Assembly (NCBI GenBank): GCA_031459915.1
Contig: JAVKHO010000013.1
Span: forward strand, 24,104 to 88,103
From: Candidatus Tepidifontimicrobium thermophilum
Lineage (GTDB): Bacteria; Sysuimicrobiota; Sysuimicrobiia; Sysuimicrobiales; Sysuimicrobiaceae
DNA length: 64,000 bases
Direction of reading: 5' to 3'
Both the position numbers and the translations under genes were made by a program. Below the pieces are notes generated by a model that worked only from the letters and a program-made list of their open reading frames with translations, searched no databases and was not told the DNA's origin. Below, in pieces: positions 42,167 to 51,062 of this stretch (position 1 is the first letter of the stretch; every line of letters begins with the position of its first letter).

Positions 42167-42211
42167 TTATCACCCGACACAAGCCCGCGCGTGGGGGACA
42201 GAGCCCGATCC

Positions 42212-43747
42212 TTACCGGACCGTGACGGTGATAGTGTGGTAGCCCGTGGCCCCGTCCGGCAGAGGCGGCCGAGGACGGCCGTCCTGGAGGGTCCCCACCC
42301 CGTCCCGAGCCCGGACCTTCAGCACGTACCGGCCCGGTCTGGCGTCCCACAGGGTCGCCCACAGCACCCAGGTGTGCTTGCCCATGGCGGGCTTGACCTG
42401 CGCCCGCCGCCAGGTCCGGCCGTCGTCGAAGCTGACCTCCACCGCGGAGATCCCCCGGTCTCCTGCGTACGCCACCCCACCCACCTCCACAGTCCCCGCG
42501 GCTACCGCCCCGCCCTCTACCGGAGTGGTGAACTTCGACATGGTCTTCACCACGGCCGCCTCACTCCACCCCTGGGACTCCCAGTAGCCCAGGTGGTCGC
42601 GGTCCGTGAGCTCGATCCGGGTGACCCACTTGGGGTTCTTCATGCCGAACAGCCCCGGGATCACCGCGCGCGCCGGGAACCCGTGGGCCTTGGGGAGGGC
42701 TTCGCCGTTCATCTCGTACGCGAGGAAGCTGTCGGGATCCATCAGGTCCTCGAGGGGGACGGCCGTGTGGTAGCCGTCCGCACACCGGAAGACCACCTTG
42801 CGCGCCTGCGGCCTGGGCCGGGCACGCTCCAGCAGGTCCCGGAACCGCACGCCTTTCCAGACCGCGTTGCCGATCAGGTCCCCGCCCACAGGGTTGCTGA
42901 TGCACTCGAAGGTGTGTGGTCGGCTGTAGCCCGGCAGCGCCTTCAGCTCGTCCAGGCTCAGCCGCAACGGCCGCTCTACCAGGCCCGACACCTCCAGCCG
43001 CCACCTGCGGGCGTCTACGTCCGGGTCGAAGAAGTTCTTGCTGACGGTGTAAAACTCACGGTTCGGGGTGACCTCAGGGGGGAGCCCACGGATGCGGGTG
43101 AACAGCGACTGCGCCCACGCAAAGCCTCGTTGCAGCCACGCGGCTGCGGCCGAGCCCGCCAGGGCGGCCACCACGAGGCGCGCCCCGCGCCCGAGCAGCT
43201 CTCTTCGGGTCAGGCCGCCGGCTCCCTCAGGACGGCCGTGCACCCGGGAAACAGCCAAAGCAGCGCCGTACATCAGGCTGCCGGCCACCAGCAAGACCGC
43301 CGCGTGGGGCTGAGGGCCGAGCGAGGAGCCTGCCCACCCTCCGCCCGCCGCGGGCAGGAGCCCTGCCGCCCACACCAGCCACGTGAACGCGCTCGCGACG
43401 AGCCACCGCGTCCAGAAGCTCTCCGTGTCGCGCAGCCACCGGGGGAAAGTCCAGGCGCCAAGGGCGGCCAGCGCGAACACCAGGAGGTTCGCGGCCAGCA
43501 GCGCCAGATGTTTGGCCAGATGGGTCACCCCCAGGTACTTGCGCCCCATCCCCTCAAAGAAGTTCACCACCAGGGCAAACGCCTCTGGAGAAAGGGCCCT
43601 GAAAGCCCGTTCCCCCAAGACTTCCACGGGAGCCCGCACGTCCAGCAGCGGGCGCAGCCACAGCGGGAGCCCGACCGGCACGGGACCCACCACCAGTGCC
43701 CCGAAGGCCAGCCACCCCCAGAACCCACCCCACAGCACCAGGCGCAT
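42212..43747 (-). CDS. Membrane-anchored sulfite-oxidase-family molybdopterin oxidoreductase
   Basis: N-terminal TM helices, internal TRRELLG, TFECISN, GNAVWKGV, HGFPARAVIPGLFGMKNPKW, C-terminal dimerisation domain ending PDGATGYH. Confidence 0.88.
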   Translation of the reverse strand: MRLVLWGGFWGWLAFGALVVGPVPVGLPLWLRPLLDVRAPVEVLGERAFRALSPEAFALVVNFFEGMGRKYLGVTHLAKHLALLAANLLVFALAALGAWTFPRWLRDTESFWTRWLVASAFTWLVWAAGLLPAAGGGWAGSSLGPQPHAAVLLVAGSLMYGAALAVSRVHGRPEGAGGLTRRELLGRGARLVVAALAGSAAAAWLQRGFAWAQSLFTRIRGLPPEVTPNREFYTVSKNFFDPDVDARRWRLEVSGLVERPLRLSLDELKALPGYSRPHTFECISNPVGGDLIGNAVWKGVRFRDLLERARPRPQARKVVFRCADGYHTAVPLEDLMDPDSFLAYEMNGEALPKAHGFPARAVIPGLFGMKNPKWVTRIELTDRDHLGYWESQGWSEAAVVKTMSKFTTPVEGGAVAAGTVEVGGVAYAGDRGISAVEVSFDDGRTWRRAQVKPAMGKHTWVLWATLWDARPGRYVLKVRARDGVGTLQDGRPRPPLPDGATGYHTITVTVR

Positions 43748-43834
43748 CTTGGGTTTAGGCTACCGCAGCTGTGTGACGGGCGTTCAACACCCCCTCGGGC
43801 CGGAAAAGCCGCACATGCCCGAGGCGTTGGAGGC

Positions 43835-44710
43835 CTACCCGAGCAGGACCGCGGCGGTGCCTGCCACGCACACCAGGCTGCCCACCACCAACCCGCTCCC
43901 GAGCTGCTCGTCGCCCCGCAACATCCAACGGCTCAACAGGATCACCAGGAGGACCTGGAGGTTGTACAGGACGGCCACGTTCGCCACCGGGCTCCGTTGC
44001 AACCCTAAGAACAGCAGGAGGATGGCCGCGGTGTTGGCCAGGGCACTGGCCAGCACGTCCGCCCGCCACGGCCGTTCGGAAGCTTGCGGCCGGCTCCACA
44101 GAGCCAGCCAGCCGGTCTGCACGACCAGGGCGGTGAAGGCGCCGATGGCCGCGCCTACAAACGGCGACGGCGTGATCTGAAGGCCTGCCCTCCGGAGGGT
44201 GTCGCCCAGCGCGAACCCCACCGCCCCTCCCACCGCCAGCAGGACACCGACCGGGTCCGCGGGACCCCGGGAGCCCGGGGCCCGCTCCCGCAGGACCAAC
44301 CACAGCCCCACGGTGATGAGGGCAGCGCCGACCAGCTGGCCTGGCCTGGGCAGCTCCCGCAGCCCCACTAGGCCGATGAGGGCCGCGAACAGGGTGTTGG
44401 ACAGCCGGATGGCCGTGGACCGTGAGGGGCCGATGCGCAGCACGCTCTGGTACGAGAGGTTGCGCCCGGCCACGGTACCGCACAGACCTCCCAGCACAAA
44501 GAGCAGGAAGGACTGAGGGGTGAGCGTCGACAGGGCTCCCCGAGCCCCCTCGAACCCCGCCAGGACGCCGAACACGACCACGTTGGTGACGATACTCACA
44601 AACACCCCGGCCTCTGGGGCCACGGGGTTCGGGCCCACCATGAACCGCCGCGACAGCACCGTAGCCAGGGCAAAGGCCACCGCGGCGAGCAGCGCAAAGA
44701 GTTCTCCCAT
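43835..44710 (-). CDS. EamA/DMT-family transporter
   Basis: 291 aa with about 10 TM segments in two repeats. Confidence 0.8.
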   Translation of the reverse strand: MGELFALLAAVAFALATVLSRRFMVGPNPVAPEAGVFVSIVTNVVVFGVLAGFEGARGALSTLTPQSFLLFVLGGLCGTVAGRNLSYQSVLRIGPSRSTAIRLSNTLFAALIGLVGLRELPRPGQLVGAALITVGLWLVLRERAPGSRGPADPVGVLLAVGGAVGFALGDTLRRAGLQITPSPFVGAAIGAFTALVVQTGWLALWSRPQASERPWRADVLASALANTAAILLLFLGLQRSPVANVAVLYNLQVLLVILLSRWMLRGDEQLGSGLVVGSLVCVAGTAAVLLG

Positions 44711-45060
44711 GACGGGGACCGCTTTCCATCTTGCCACATCCTGTCCCCTGCCCCTTCGGACCCGAGAGGGCTCCAGGGGCCCTTTCGGTGGTGTAAAAAG
44801 AAAACGAGCGGACCTGCGGGCTGTGCGAGGGCCGGAGCAGGACCAGCCTTCGCCAGGGTCGGGGCGCTGGCGCCCGACGGGAAACCGACGCACGCGCGTG
44901 GATTCACCCCGCGTCCGCCCCGGCCTAGCTTTGCCGGGTCGCCGTCACCTGGGGCGTGGCCCTCCAGCACGCCAGCGCAGCGTTCGCGCCCCGCACGGGC
45001 CTTTCGCCTGCGTGCGGGCGGTGACCGTGGCCACCGCGGCCGCTGGAGGAGGGAAGGACG

Positions 45061-46455
45061 ATGAGGAACTTCTGGGCTCTGCTCGCGGCCTTGCCTCTCA
45101 GTCTCGCCGCTCTGCCCGGTTCGCGCGGGGCCGCTGAGGCAGTGTTCCGGAAGGCCGCCGAGCTGCGGGAACCTTCCGCGCAGGTCCGTAAGGCGGCGCT
45201 GTTCCCAGACGGGAGGGTCGCGTACTACTGGGAGCGCACGCGCCCGCCCACGGACCAGGAGAAGGATCGTCGGGCGGCCTGGTTCGATGCCGAGTGGGAA
45301 AGGTTCCGCCGACAGGCCGAGCAGGACGGGATTCCCCAGATCGAGCGGAGCAGCGAACACATGGCTCGCAAGCTGGAGGAGGAGGCCGCGAAGCAACCGG
45401 TGGTGGTGCGGCCCCTGTTTGCCTTCCTCTCCGCCGCTTTCCGGGGTCTGCCGGCCTGGCTGCGGTGGGTGATAGACCTGACCTTGCCGGTCGCGCGGCG
45501 ACACTTCATCAACCAGCCCGTGGTGGTCGAGGCAGGCCTCCGGATGTGGGATCCCAGCGGCAAGACCGCGGGGCTGTTGCCGGTGGACGTGCCGGGCCTG
45601 TACGGCGAGGAGAGCTGGGCCCGCTTCCCGGCCGACGAACTCCACCTGCGGGCCTCACCCGACGGGAAGTACGTCGCGCTGGAGACCGCGGAGGAGGCGT
45701 TCGTCCTGTTCGAGCTGGCGCGTTCGGCCCTCTCGCCCAGGGCCCGGGTTCGCGGTGGTTCGCCTCTGGGGTGGTCTCCCGACGGGCGGCTGCTGTTCGT
45801 GACGCGGTCGGTGGACGGCAGAGAGTTCATCGCCGTCCACGCCGCCGATGACCTGCGGGAACTGGCCCGGTGCCCCGCGGACTTCGACCGCCGGCTCATG
45901 GGTACCGCCAGCAGCTCAGCCATCATCCAGGACGTCGCCATCGCAGAGGACCGCCTGGCGGTGGCGTTGTTCACCGACCTGGGGGTGTGCCGGCTGCCCG
46001 CTGGTTCCCTGGCGCTCCCTGACCCGGCGACGCTGCGCCGGATCGGACCTCCAAGAGGCCTGGTCTTCGCCCAGAATCGCCCGACGCTGTACGTGGCCAG
46101 CCTGCGCGGCCTTGCCGTGATAGACCCCGACACCTTCGCGATCCTCGACCAGTATCTCCTGCCGCCCGCCTCGGACTTCGACTTCCAGCGCCTGGCCGGG
46201 GTCTCGCCCGACGGACGCTACGTGGCAGCCTTGCACGGGAGGGAGCGGCTGGGTGGCTGGGCCACCCTGTTCGTCTGGGACGTGGCCCAGCGGCGCATCG
46301 TGCAGAGGATCGGCACGCAACCGGGGCGGATGCTGGACACGATTTCCTCGGGGTTCCGGTTCATCTATCCGCCGGCGCAACTGACCCGCGACTGGCGGTA
46401 CCTGCTCGTGGTCCGACAGGACGGCGTGCTGGAGCTCTACCACAGGACACCTTGA
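45061..46455 (+). CDS. Secreted beta-propeller (WD40/PD40-like) protein
   Basis: Signal peptide; repeats FPDGR, SPDGKYVA, WSPDGRLLF, SPDGRYVA, VWDV. Confidence 0.6.
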   Translation: MRNFWALLAALPLSLAALPGSRGAAEAVFRKAAELREPSAQVRKAALFPDGRVAYYWERTRPPTDQEKDRRAAWFDAEWERFRRQAEQDGIPQIERSSEHMARKLEEEAAKQPVVVRPLFAFLSAAFRGLPAWLRWVIDLTLPVARRHFINQPVVVEAGLRMWDPSGKTAGLLPVDVPGLYGEESWARFPADELHLRASPDGKYVALETAEEAFVLFELARSALSPRARVRGGSPLGWSPDGRLLFVTRSVDGREFIAVHAADDLRELARCPADFDRRLMGTASSSAIIQDVAIAEDRLAVALFTDLGVCRLPAGSLALPDPATLRRIGPPRGLVFAQNRPTLYVASLRGLAVIDPDTFAILDQYLLPPASDFDFQRLAGVSPDGRYVAALHGRERLGGWATLFVWDVAQRRIVQRIGTQPGRMLDTISSGFRFIYPPAQLTRDWRYLLVVRQDGVLELYHRTP

Positions 46456-46469
46456 GGGGGTGAAACGGG

Positions 46470-47909
46470 ATGCGTCCTGGAATGCGCAGGACGGCCACCG
46501 TCCTCTTCCTGGTGATGACGCCCCTGGTGACCCTCTCACCATCCGGCGCGGCCCAGCAGGTCGCCTACCACCGTGTGGCGCCAAAGATCTACGTTCCCTT
46601 CGACCCCAACACCGTCAGGGTGCTCCACCAGAGCGCTCGCCTGTTCACCGTGGAAGTCCCCCACGGCGGGTACGCTTTCGCTCCCAGGATCGCGCCCTTC
46701 GGAGACGCCATCGTCTTCATACCGGCCGCGAGTACCCTCGCCTTCACCTCCGTGTTCCTCGAGCCGGTCAGGCTGCTCCGGATCCCTGGGGACGCGGCGT
46801 CGCCCCCCGCGGAGGTGAAGGGGTTTGCGGGGGGAGGCCCAGACGCGTTCTCCTTCGACCGCCAGACGCGCACGATCGCCTTCACCTGCCATATCGAGAG
46901 ACGTGACCCGAAACAGGCAGAGACGGAAATCTGTGTCGTGCGCAGGGACGGGACCGGGCTGCGCCGCCTGACCCGGCCCCTTCGGAGCGATGAAAGTGAA
47001 CATAACCACGCCGCAGCCCCCGCGATCAGCGAGGACGGCAGCTTCGTCGTCTACCGCAGGCAGTACGCCGGGTACCTGGGGACTGTGCGAAGCGACGGCA
47101 CCGGGCTGCGCGTGCTCGTGCACCAAGCGGGCGGGCTCACCCCCGTGGCGCTGACGCGCCGGGCTGTGTTTTACGAGAGAGGCGGGCAGGTGTGGCGGGC
47201 GGGGCTCGATGGCGGAGGTCAGCGGCAGCTGACCCGGGAGCGCGGGGAAATTGGTGGCCTAACCGCCGACCGGGATGGGACGAGGGTCGCCTACCTGGTA
47301 AAGGAAAGCGGCCAGCCCGCGGCGCTCAAGGTTGTGGACGGGTTGAGCGGGGCCCCTGTCTTCACCCTGCAGGGAGTGGGGGGGCTGGTGCGGCTCAGCG
47401 GGGACGGCCGACGCCTGCTTTTCAGCCGCCGGCGTCCGGACAGGCTCGGGCTTTACGTGATGGATCTGCGCACCAGGGACGTCCTTGAGGTCAGCGAGGG
47501 GGTCCGTGGTGTGGAGGAGCAGGCAGACCTCAACGACACGGGGGAAGTGGTGGTGATGGTGAAGGGCGAGGGTTCCCCCCTGGTGGTGGCGTTCCTCCAG
47601 GACGAGACTCCACCTTTCCTCACAGTGGAAGCGCCGAGGCAGGGCACCACCGTCCGCGGGGAGTCCGTCAGCGTGGTGGTGACGTACCGCGACCGGGCTG
47701 TGGTGAGCGGGGTGGACCCGCAGGCCCTGCGGGTCTTCCTGAACGGCCGTGACGTCTCCGACCGGCTCCGAAAAGAACCGGACCGCGCCACCGGGCAACT
47801 TGACAGGCGGCTGCTTCAAGAGGGGGAGAATGTCCTCGAGGCACGGGTCGCCGACCGGGCAGGCAACGAAGTCCGCCAGGTAGTGCGGTTCCGCTTCCAG
47901 GCACCATGA
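46470..47909 (+). CDS. Secreted TolB/PD40-like beta-propeller with C-terminal Ig-like domain
   Basis: Signal peptide; DGTGLRRLT, PAISEDGS, DGGGQRQLT, LSGDGRR; C-term DETPP...SGVD...EGENVLEARVADRAGN. Confidence 0.65.
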   Translation: MRPGMRRTATVLFLVMTPLVTLSPSGAAQQVAYHRVAPKIYVPFDPNTVRVLHQSARLFTVEVPHGGYAFAPRIAPFGDAIVFIPAASTLAFTSVFLEPVRLLRIPGDAASPPAEVKGFAGGGPDAFSFDRQTRTIAFTCHIERRDPKQAETEICVVRRDGTGLRRLTRPLRSDESEHNHAAAPAISEDGSFVVYRRQYAGYLGTVRSDGTGLRVLVHQAGGLTPVALTRRAVFYERGGQVWRAGLDGGGQRQLTRERGEIGGLTADRDGTRVAYLVKESGQPAALKVVDGLSGAPVFTLQGVGGLVRLSGDGRRLLFSRRRPDRLGLYVMDLRTRDVLEVSEGVRGVEEQADLNDTGEVVVMVKGEGSPLVVAFLQDETPPFLTVEAPRQGTTVRGESVSVVVTYRDRAVVSGVDPQALRVFLNGRDVSDRLRKEPDRATGQLDRRLLQEGENVLEARVADRAGNEVRQVVRFRFQAP

Positions 47910-48367
47910 GGGCCAGCTTCCTCCTCGCACTAATGGTGTGGCTGGCGGCGGCCTGGCCGCCGTCTACCGCGGCGCTGGCGGAGCTGCGTGTCACGGGAGG
48001 GATCGCGGGCGCAGAGCAGCGGCTGGTGGTCTTCGAGGACGGCCTTGCCCGCGTGGAACTGTCCGCAAGGGGGGCCGTTCACGAGACGCTCTGCGCTCGG
48101 CTGGAGGAGGGCAAGCTGGGGGAGATCCGGCGTGCCCTGGAGGCTGCGGGGTTCGAGTACCTCCAGCGGGAGTATGTGCCTGCCCGTCCCGTGTACGACG
48201 GTTACGCGTACTCCGTCGCTTACCGGGGGGCCACGGTCCGGGCCGTGGACCCCCTTGAAGACGCAGCGCCCCCAGGCCTCCGCGCGGTGATCCGTCTGCT
48301 ACAGGGGGTCTTGCAGTCCGTGCGGGCGGACGGAAGGGGCTGTGGCGAGTTCCTCCCGGGGAGGTGA
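47906..48367 (+). CDS. Small secreted hypothetical protein (possibly emfourin-like)
   Basis: Signal peptide; VTGGIAG...DGYAYSV...PPGLRAVIRLL; ATGA overlap. Confidence 0.5.
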   Translation: MRASFLLALMVWLAAAWPPSTAALAELRVTGGIAGAEQRLVVFEDGLARVELSARGAVHETLCARLEEGKLGEIRRALEAAGFEYLQREYVPARPVYDGYAYSVAYRGATVRAVDPLEDAAPPGLRAVIRLLQGVLQSVRADGRGCGEFLPGR

Positions 48368-49206
48368 GGTCCGTGCGTGCATCGTGGGTCCGGGGCGGCG
48401 TCCTGCTGGCGGCGGTGATCGTTTTGGGCGCCGCGTCAGCGGCCTCTGCGGACGCCGTCCTACGGTACCGCGGTTCAGACGGCTCGCGCCTGGCGCTTTC
48501 CTTCGCGCCGGGCAGGATGCGGGTGGACGCCAACTTCTCGGACCGGTCCGCCAGCCTCCTGTACGACCAGGGGAAGCGGACCCTGTGGATCGTGGACCAC
48601 GACCGCCGCTCCTACCTGGAGATCCGCGAACGCCAGATCCGCCAGTTCCGGGAGGCCCGACGCCAGCTGGAGGCGCGGCTGCAGCAGCTGCCCCCCGCGG
48701 CGCGGGCTCAGGTGGAGGCCATGCTGACTGCCCCGGGGTTCACGCGCATCCCCAGCGTGCCCGCCCAGCCCTGCGAGAGCCCGAAGATCGTTGGCATCGA
48801 GCTCGTCCGCGGACTGCGGGCGCGGGTGGTGGACGGATGCAAGACCCTGGTGCGGCAGGAATGGGCAACCTGCCGCTTCTGGGTCGTCCACGGGGAGGAG
48901 CTCAGGCTCACCCTCTCAGACTTCCAGGTCCTGGAGGGCTTCCTGGCCTTCTACTGGGAGCTCCTCGGAGTCCTGGGCGCGCCCCAGCTGATCGAGGACA
49001 GCTCGCTGCTGCTTCAGCCCAGAGCTCGCACTCTCCGGGATCCGGTCTTCACCTTCCCGGTGGTGGTGAAGTTCGCCGTCGTGCAGGACGGGAGGGAGCT
49101 CACCACGGTCGTCCTCGACACGGTTTCTTCAGAGCCGCTGCCCGGGGAGAGGTTCGCGGTCCCAGCCGGGTACGCGAAGGTGGAGCTCCCCGCGCCGGGG
49201 AGGTGA
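48364..49206 (+). CDS. Secreted hypothetical protein (DUF4412-like)
   Basis: Signal peptide ending ASA-D; RMRVD, LWIVDHDRRSYLEI, QQLPPAARAQVEAM, FAVPAGY. Confidence 0.55.
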   Translation: MRSVRASWVRGGVLLAAVIVLGAASAASADAVLRYRGSDGSRLALSFAPGRMRVDANFSDRSASLLYDQGKRTLWIVDHDRRSYLEIRERQIRQFREARRQLEARLQQLPPAARAQVEAMLTAPGFTRIPSVPAQPCESPKIVGIELVRGLRARVVDGCKTLVRQEWATCRFWVVHGEELRLTLSDFQVLEGFLAFYWELLGVLGAPQLIEDSSLLLQPRARTLRDPVFTFPVVVKFAVVQDGRELTTVVLDTVSSEPLPGERFAVPAGYAKVELPAPGR

Positions 49207-49273
49207 GAAGGGGGTCGCCACGGGCTACCGTCAGCATCGCGGCCTCAGGGGACGCGGCCAAGGGGACTGCCGC

Positions 49274-50164
49274 GTGGCAGCGGCGACCGTGCTCGGAGCT
49301 GGGGTCCGGCTCGCTACCGCCGTGCTGCTGGCGGCGGGCGTCCTGTGGGGGGCAGCAGCTTCCGCCGTCCGGTCAGACGCACTGGCTCTCCTAATGGTCG
49401 CGCCCCCTGAAGTCGCCCAGGGGGCAGCCTTCCGGATCGAAGTCGCGGCCGCGGAGCGGGCCCGCGTGCGTGCCACCGCCGGTGACCGCGCCCTGCTCCT
49501 GTACCGCACCGCCACCGGGTTCCGCGGCTTCGCAGGCACCGATCCCACAACACCTCCCGGAAAGCTGGCGGTACGGGTGCGGGTGGAGCTCCGGGGTCGC
49601 GAGCTCTCCCTTGTCCGCACGGTGAGGGTCCGGCCGGCTCGGTTTGCCATCCGCTACCTCCGCGTGCCGCCGGAGCTGCTTGACCCGCGTCTAGCCGCCT
49701 ACGAACGCCGGCGCGTCCTCGCGGCTACCTCCGCCCCGCTCCCACGCCCCCTGTGGGAGGGCCCCTTCCGGCTGCCGGTGGGGGGCCCTGTAGCTTCCCC
49801 CTACGGCGTGCGCAGCGTGTACAACGGCCAGGCCCGCGGCCACCACCTGGGCGTGGACATCCGCGCCGCTGCGGGCACGCCGGTGCAGGCCGCCCACGAC
49901 GGTGTGGTGGTGCTGGCGGAGCGACTCCCCCTGGGCGGCAACACGGTCATCGTGGACCACGGGGCAGGCGTGTTCACCTCGTACGTGCACCTCCAGTCCC
50001 TGGCAGTTTCCGTGGGAGCACGTCTTCGGCAGGGCCAGGTGGTGGGCTCCGTGGGCTCCACCGGGCTCAGCACAGCGCCGCACCTCCACTGGGCGGTACG
50101 GGTGAACGGCGTCCTCGTGGATCCGCTGCAGTGGATCCGCGGTGGCCTGGTGAGCGGGCCCTAA
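49274..50164 (+). CDS. M23-family peptidase
   Basis: HLGVDI (HxxxD), GNTVIVDHG, YVHL, GSTGLSTAPHLHW, VDP. Confidence 0.9.
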   Translation: MAAATVLGAGVRLATAVLLAAGVLWGAAASAVRSDALALLMVAPPEVAQGAAFRIEVAAAERARVRATAGDRALLLYRTATGFRGFAGTDPTTPPGKLAVRVRVELRGRELSLVRTVRVRPARFAIRYLRVPPELLDPRLAAYERRRVLAATSAPLPRPLWEGPFRLPVGGPVASPYGVRSVYNGQARGHHLGVDIRAAAGTPVQAAHDGVVVLAERLPLGGNTVIVDHGAGVFTSYVHLQSLAVSVGARLRQGQVVGSVGSTGLSTAPHLHWAVRVNGVLVDPLQWIRGGLVSGP

Positions 50165-50568
50165 TCGTCCGGAGAGCGGCAAACCTACTGCTCGCGAGGG
50201 TCCTAGCCCGAGTGCAGCTCCGTGCGGACCGGCATCGCGTGGGTCGCGCAGGAGACCCCGGGCAGCGCCGTGTGGCCAGCTCCTCCACCTCCTCCCGGCG
50301 CTCCGGAAGAGTCCCTCTCAACGCACACTCAGCCGGCCCGGCCTCGATGGGTGGGTCCCGCCTGGAGCCCGAACACAGGACCGAAGCCCGCGTCGCTTCC
50401 GGCCGCCCCCCGTGGGCTCTTCAGCTCCGGCCCGACGGAGCGACACCTTGGCGAAGGTGGCCGCGTCCCGGCCCAGGGAGAACCGCACGGCCCCTCTTGG
50501 TGCGGACCTCGGGGGCCGGTTTCACTAACCAGGCCACCCGCGGAAACGGACGCCCTCGGAGGTTCACC

Positions 50569-50937
50569 CTACGCGTTGGGTCTGGAATTCGGGGACGGAC
50601 GCGGGCCGAGCGTCCGTCGGTCCTCGCGTGCACCCTCCAGCAGCTTCTGCAACCTGGCCTGCACGTCCTCGGGGTGTATCCCTTGAATCCGGAACTCCTT
50701 CTGCCGGGACGCCTGACCGCGCACCAGATCCACCGCGGAGGGGGAAACTCCCAGAGCCGACGCCAGCACCCGCCGGGTCGCCTCGTTGGCTCTTCCGCCC
50801 TCGGGTGGAGCGTGCACCGCCACCAGCACGGCATCCCTGCGGACGCCCCTGATCCCCTCGTGCCGGCTCGCCGGTTGGACCCGGACACGCAGGAGAACCC
50901 CGCCCTCCACGGCGCGGATCAGAGCCTGCCCCCCCAT
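50569..50937 (-). CDS. DUF167 (YggU) family protein
   Basis: LRVRVQPASR, VHAPPEGGRAN, LVRGQASRQK. Confidence 0.85.
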   Translation of the reverse strand: MGGQALIRAVEGGVLLRVRVQPASRHEGIRGVRRDAVLVAVHAPPEGGRANEATRRVLASALGVSPSAVDLVRGQASRQKEFRIQGIHPEDVQARLQKLLEGAREDRRTLGPRPSPNSRPNA

Positions 50938-51062
50938 GAATCTCAGACCAACCTCCAGACGCCCGGACCCGTTCCGTGTGTACGACCCGCTCCCTGCTTT
51001 CGACGCTTGGGTCCGTGCACGAGGCACCCGGACGCCCCCGCACACGGCGGCCCGCCCGGGGT

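Noticed and set aside
44860..44950. c-di-GMP-I riboswitch-like fragments (GGAAACC, GACGCA, CCGGCCTA)
   Set aside because: Spacing and the GCAAA core do not fit the consensus; kept only as a generic structured-leader candidate.
50067..50321. Possible nucleotidyltransferase antitoxin remnant (ERREEVEELA)
   Set aside because: No GS...DxD motif seen and no partner gene; the resemblance is too short.
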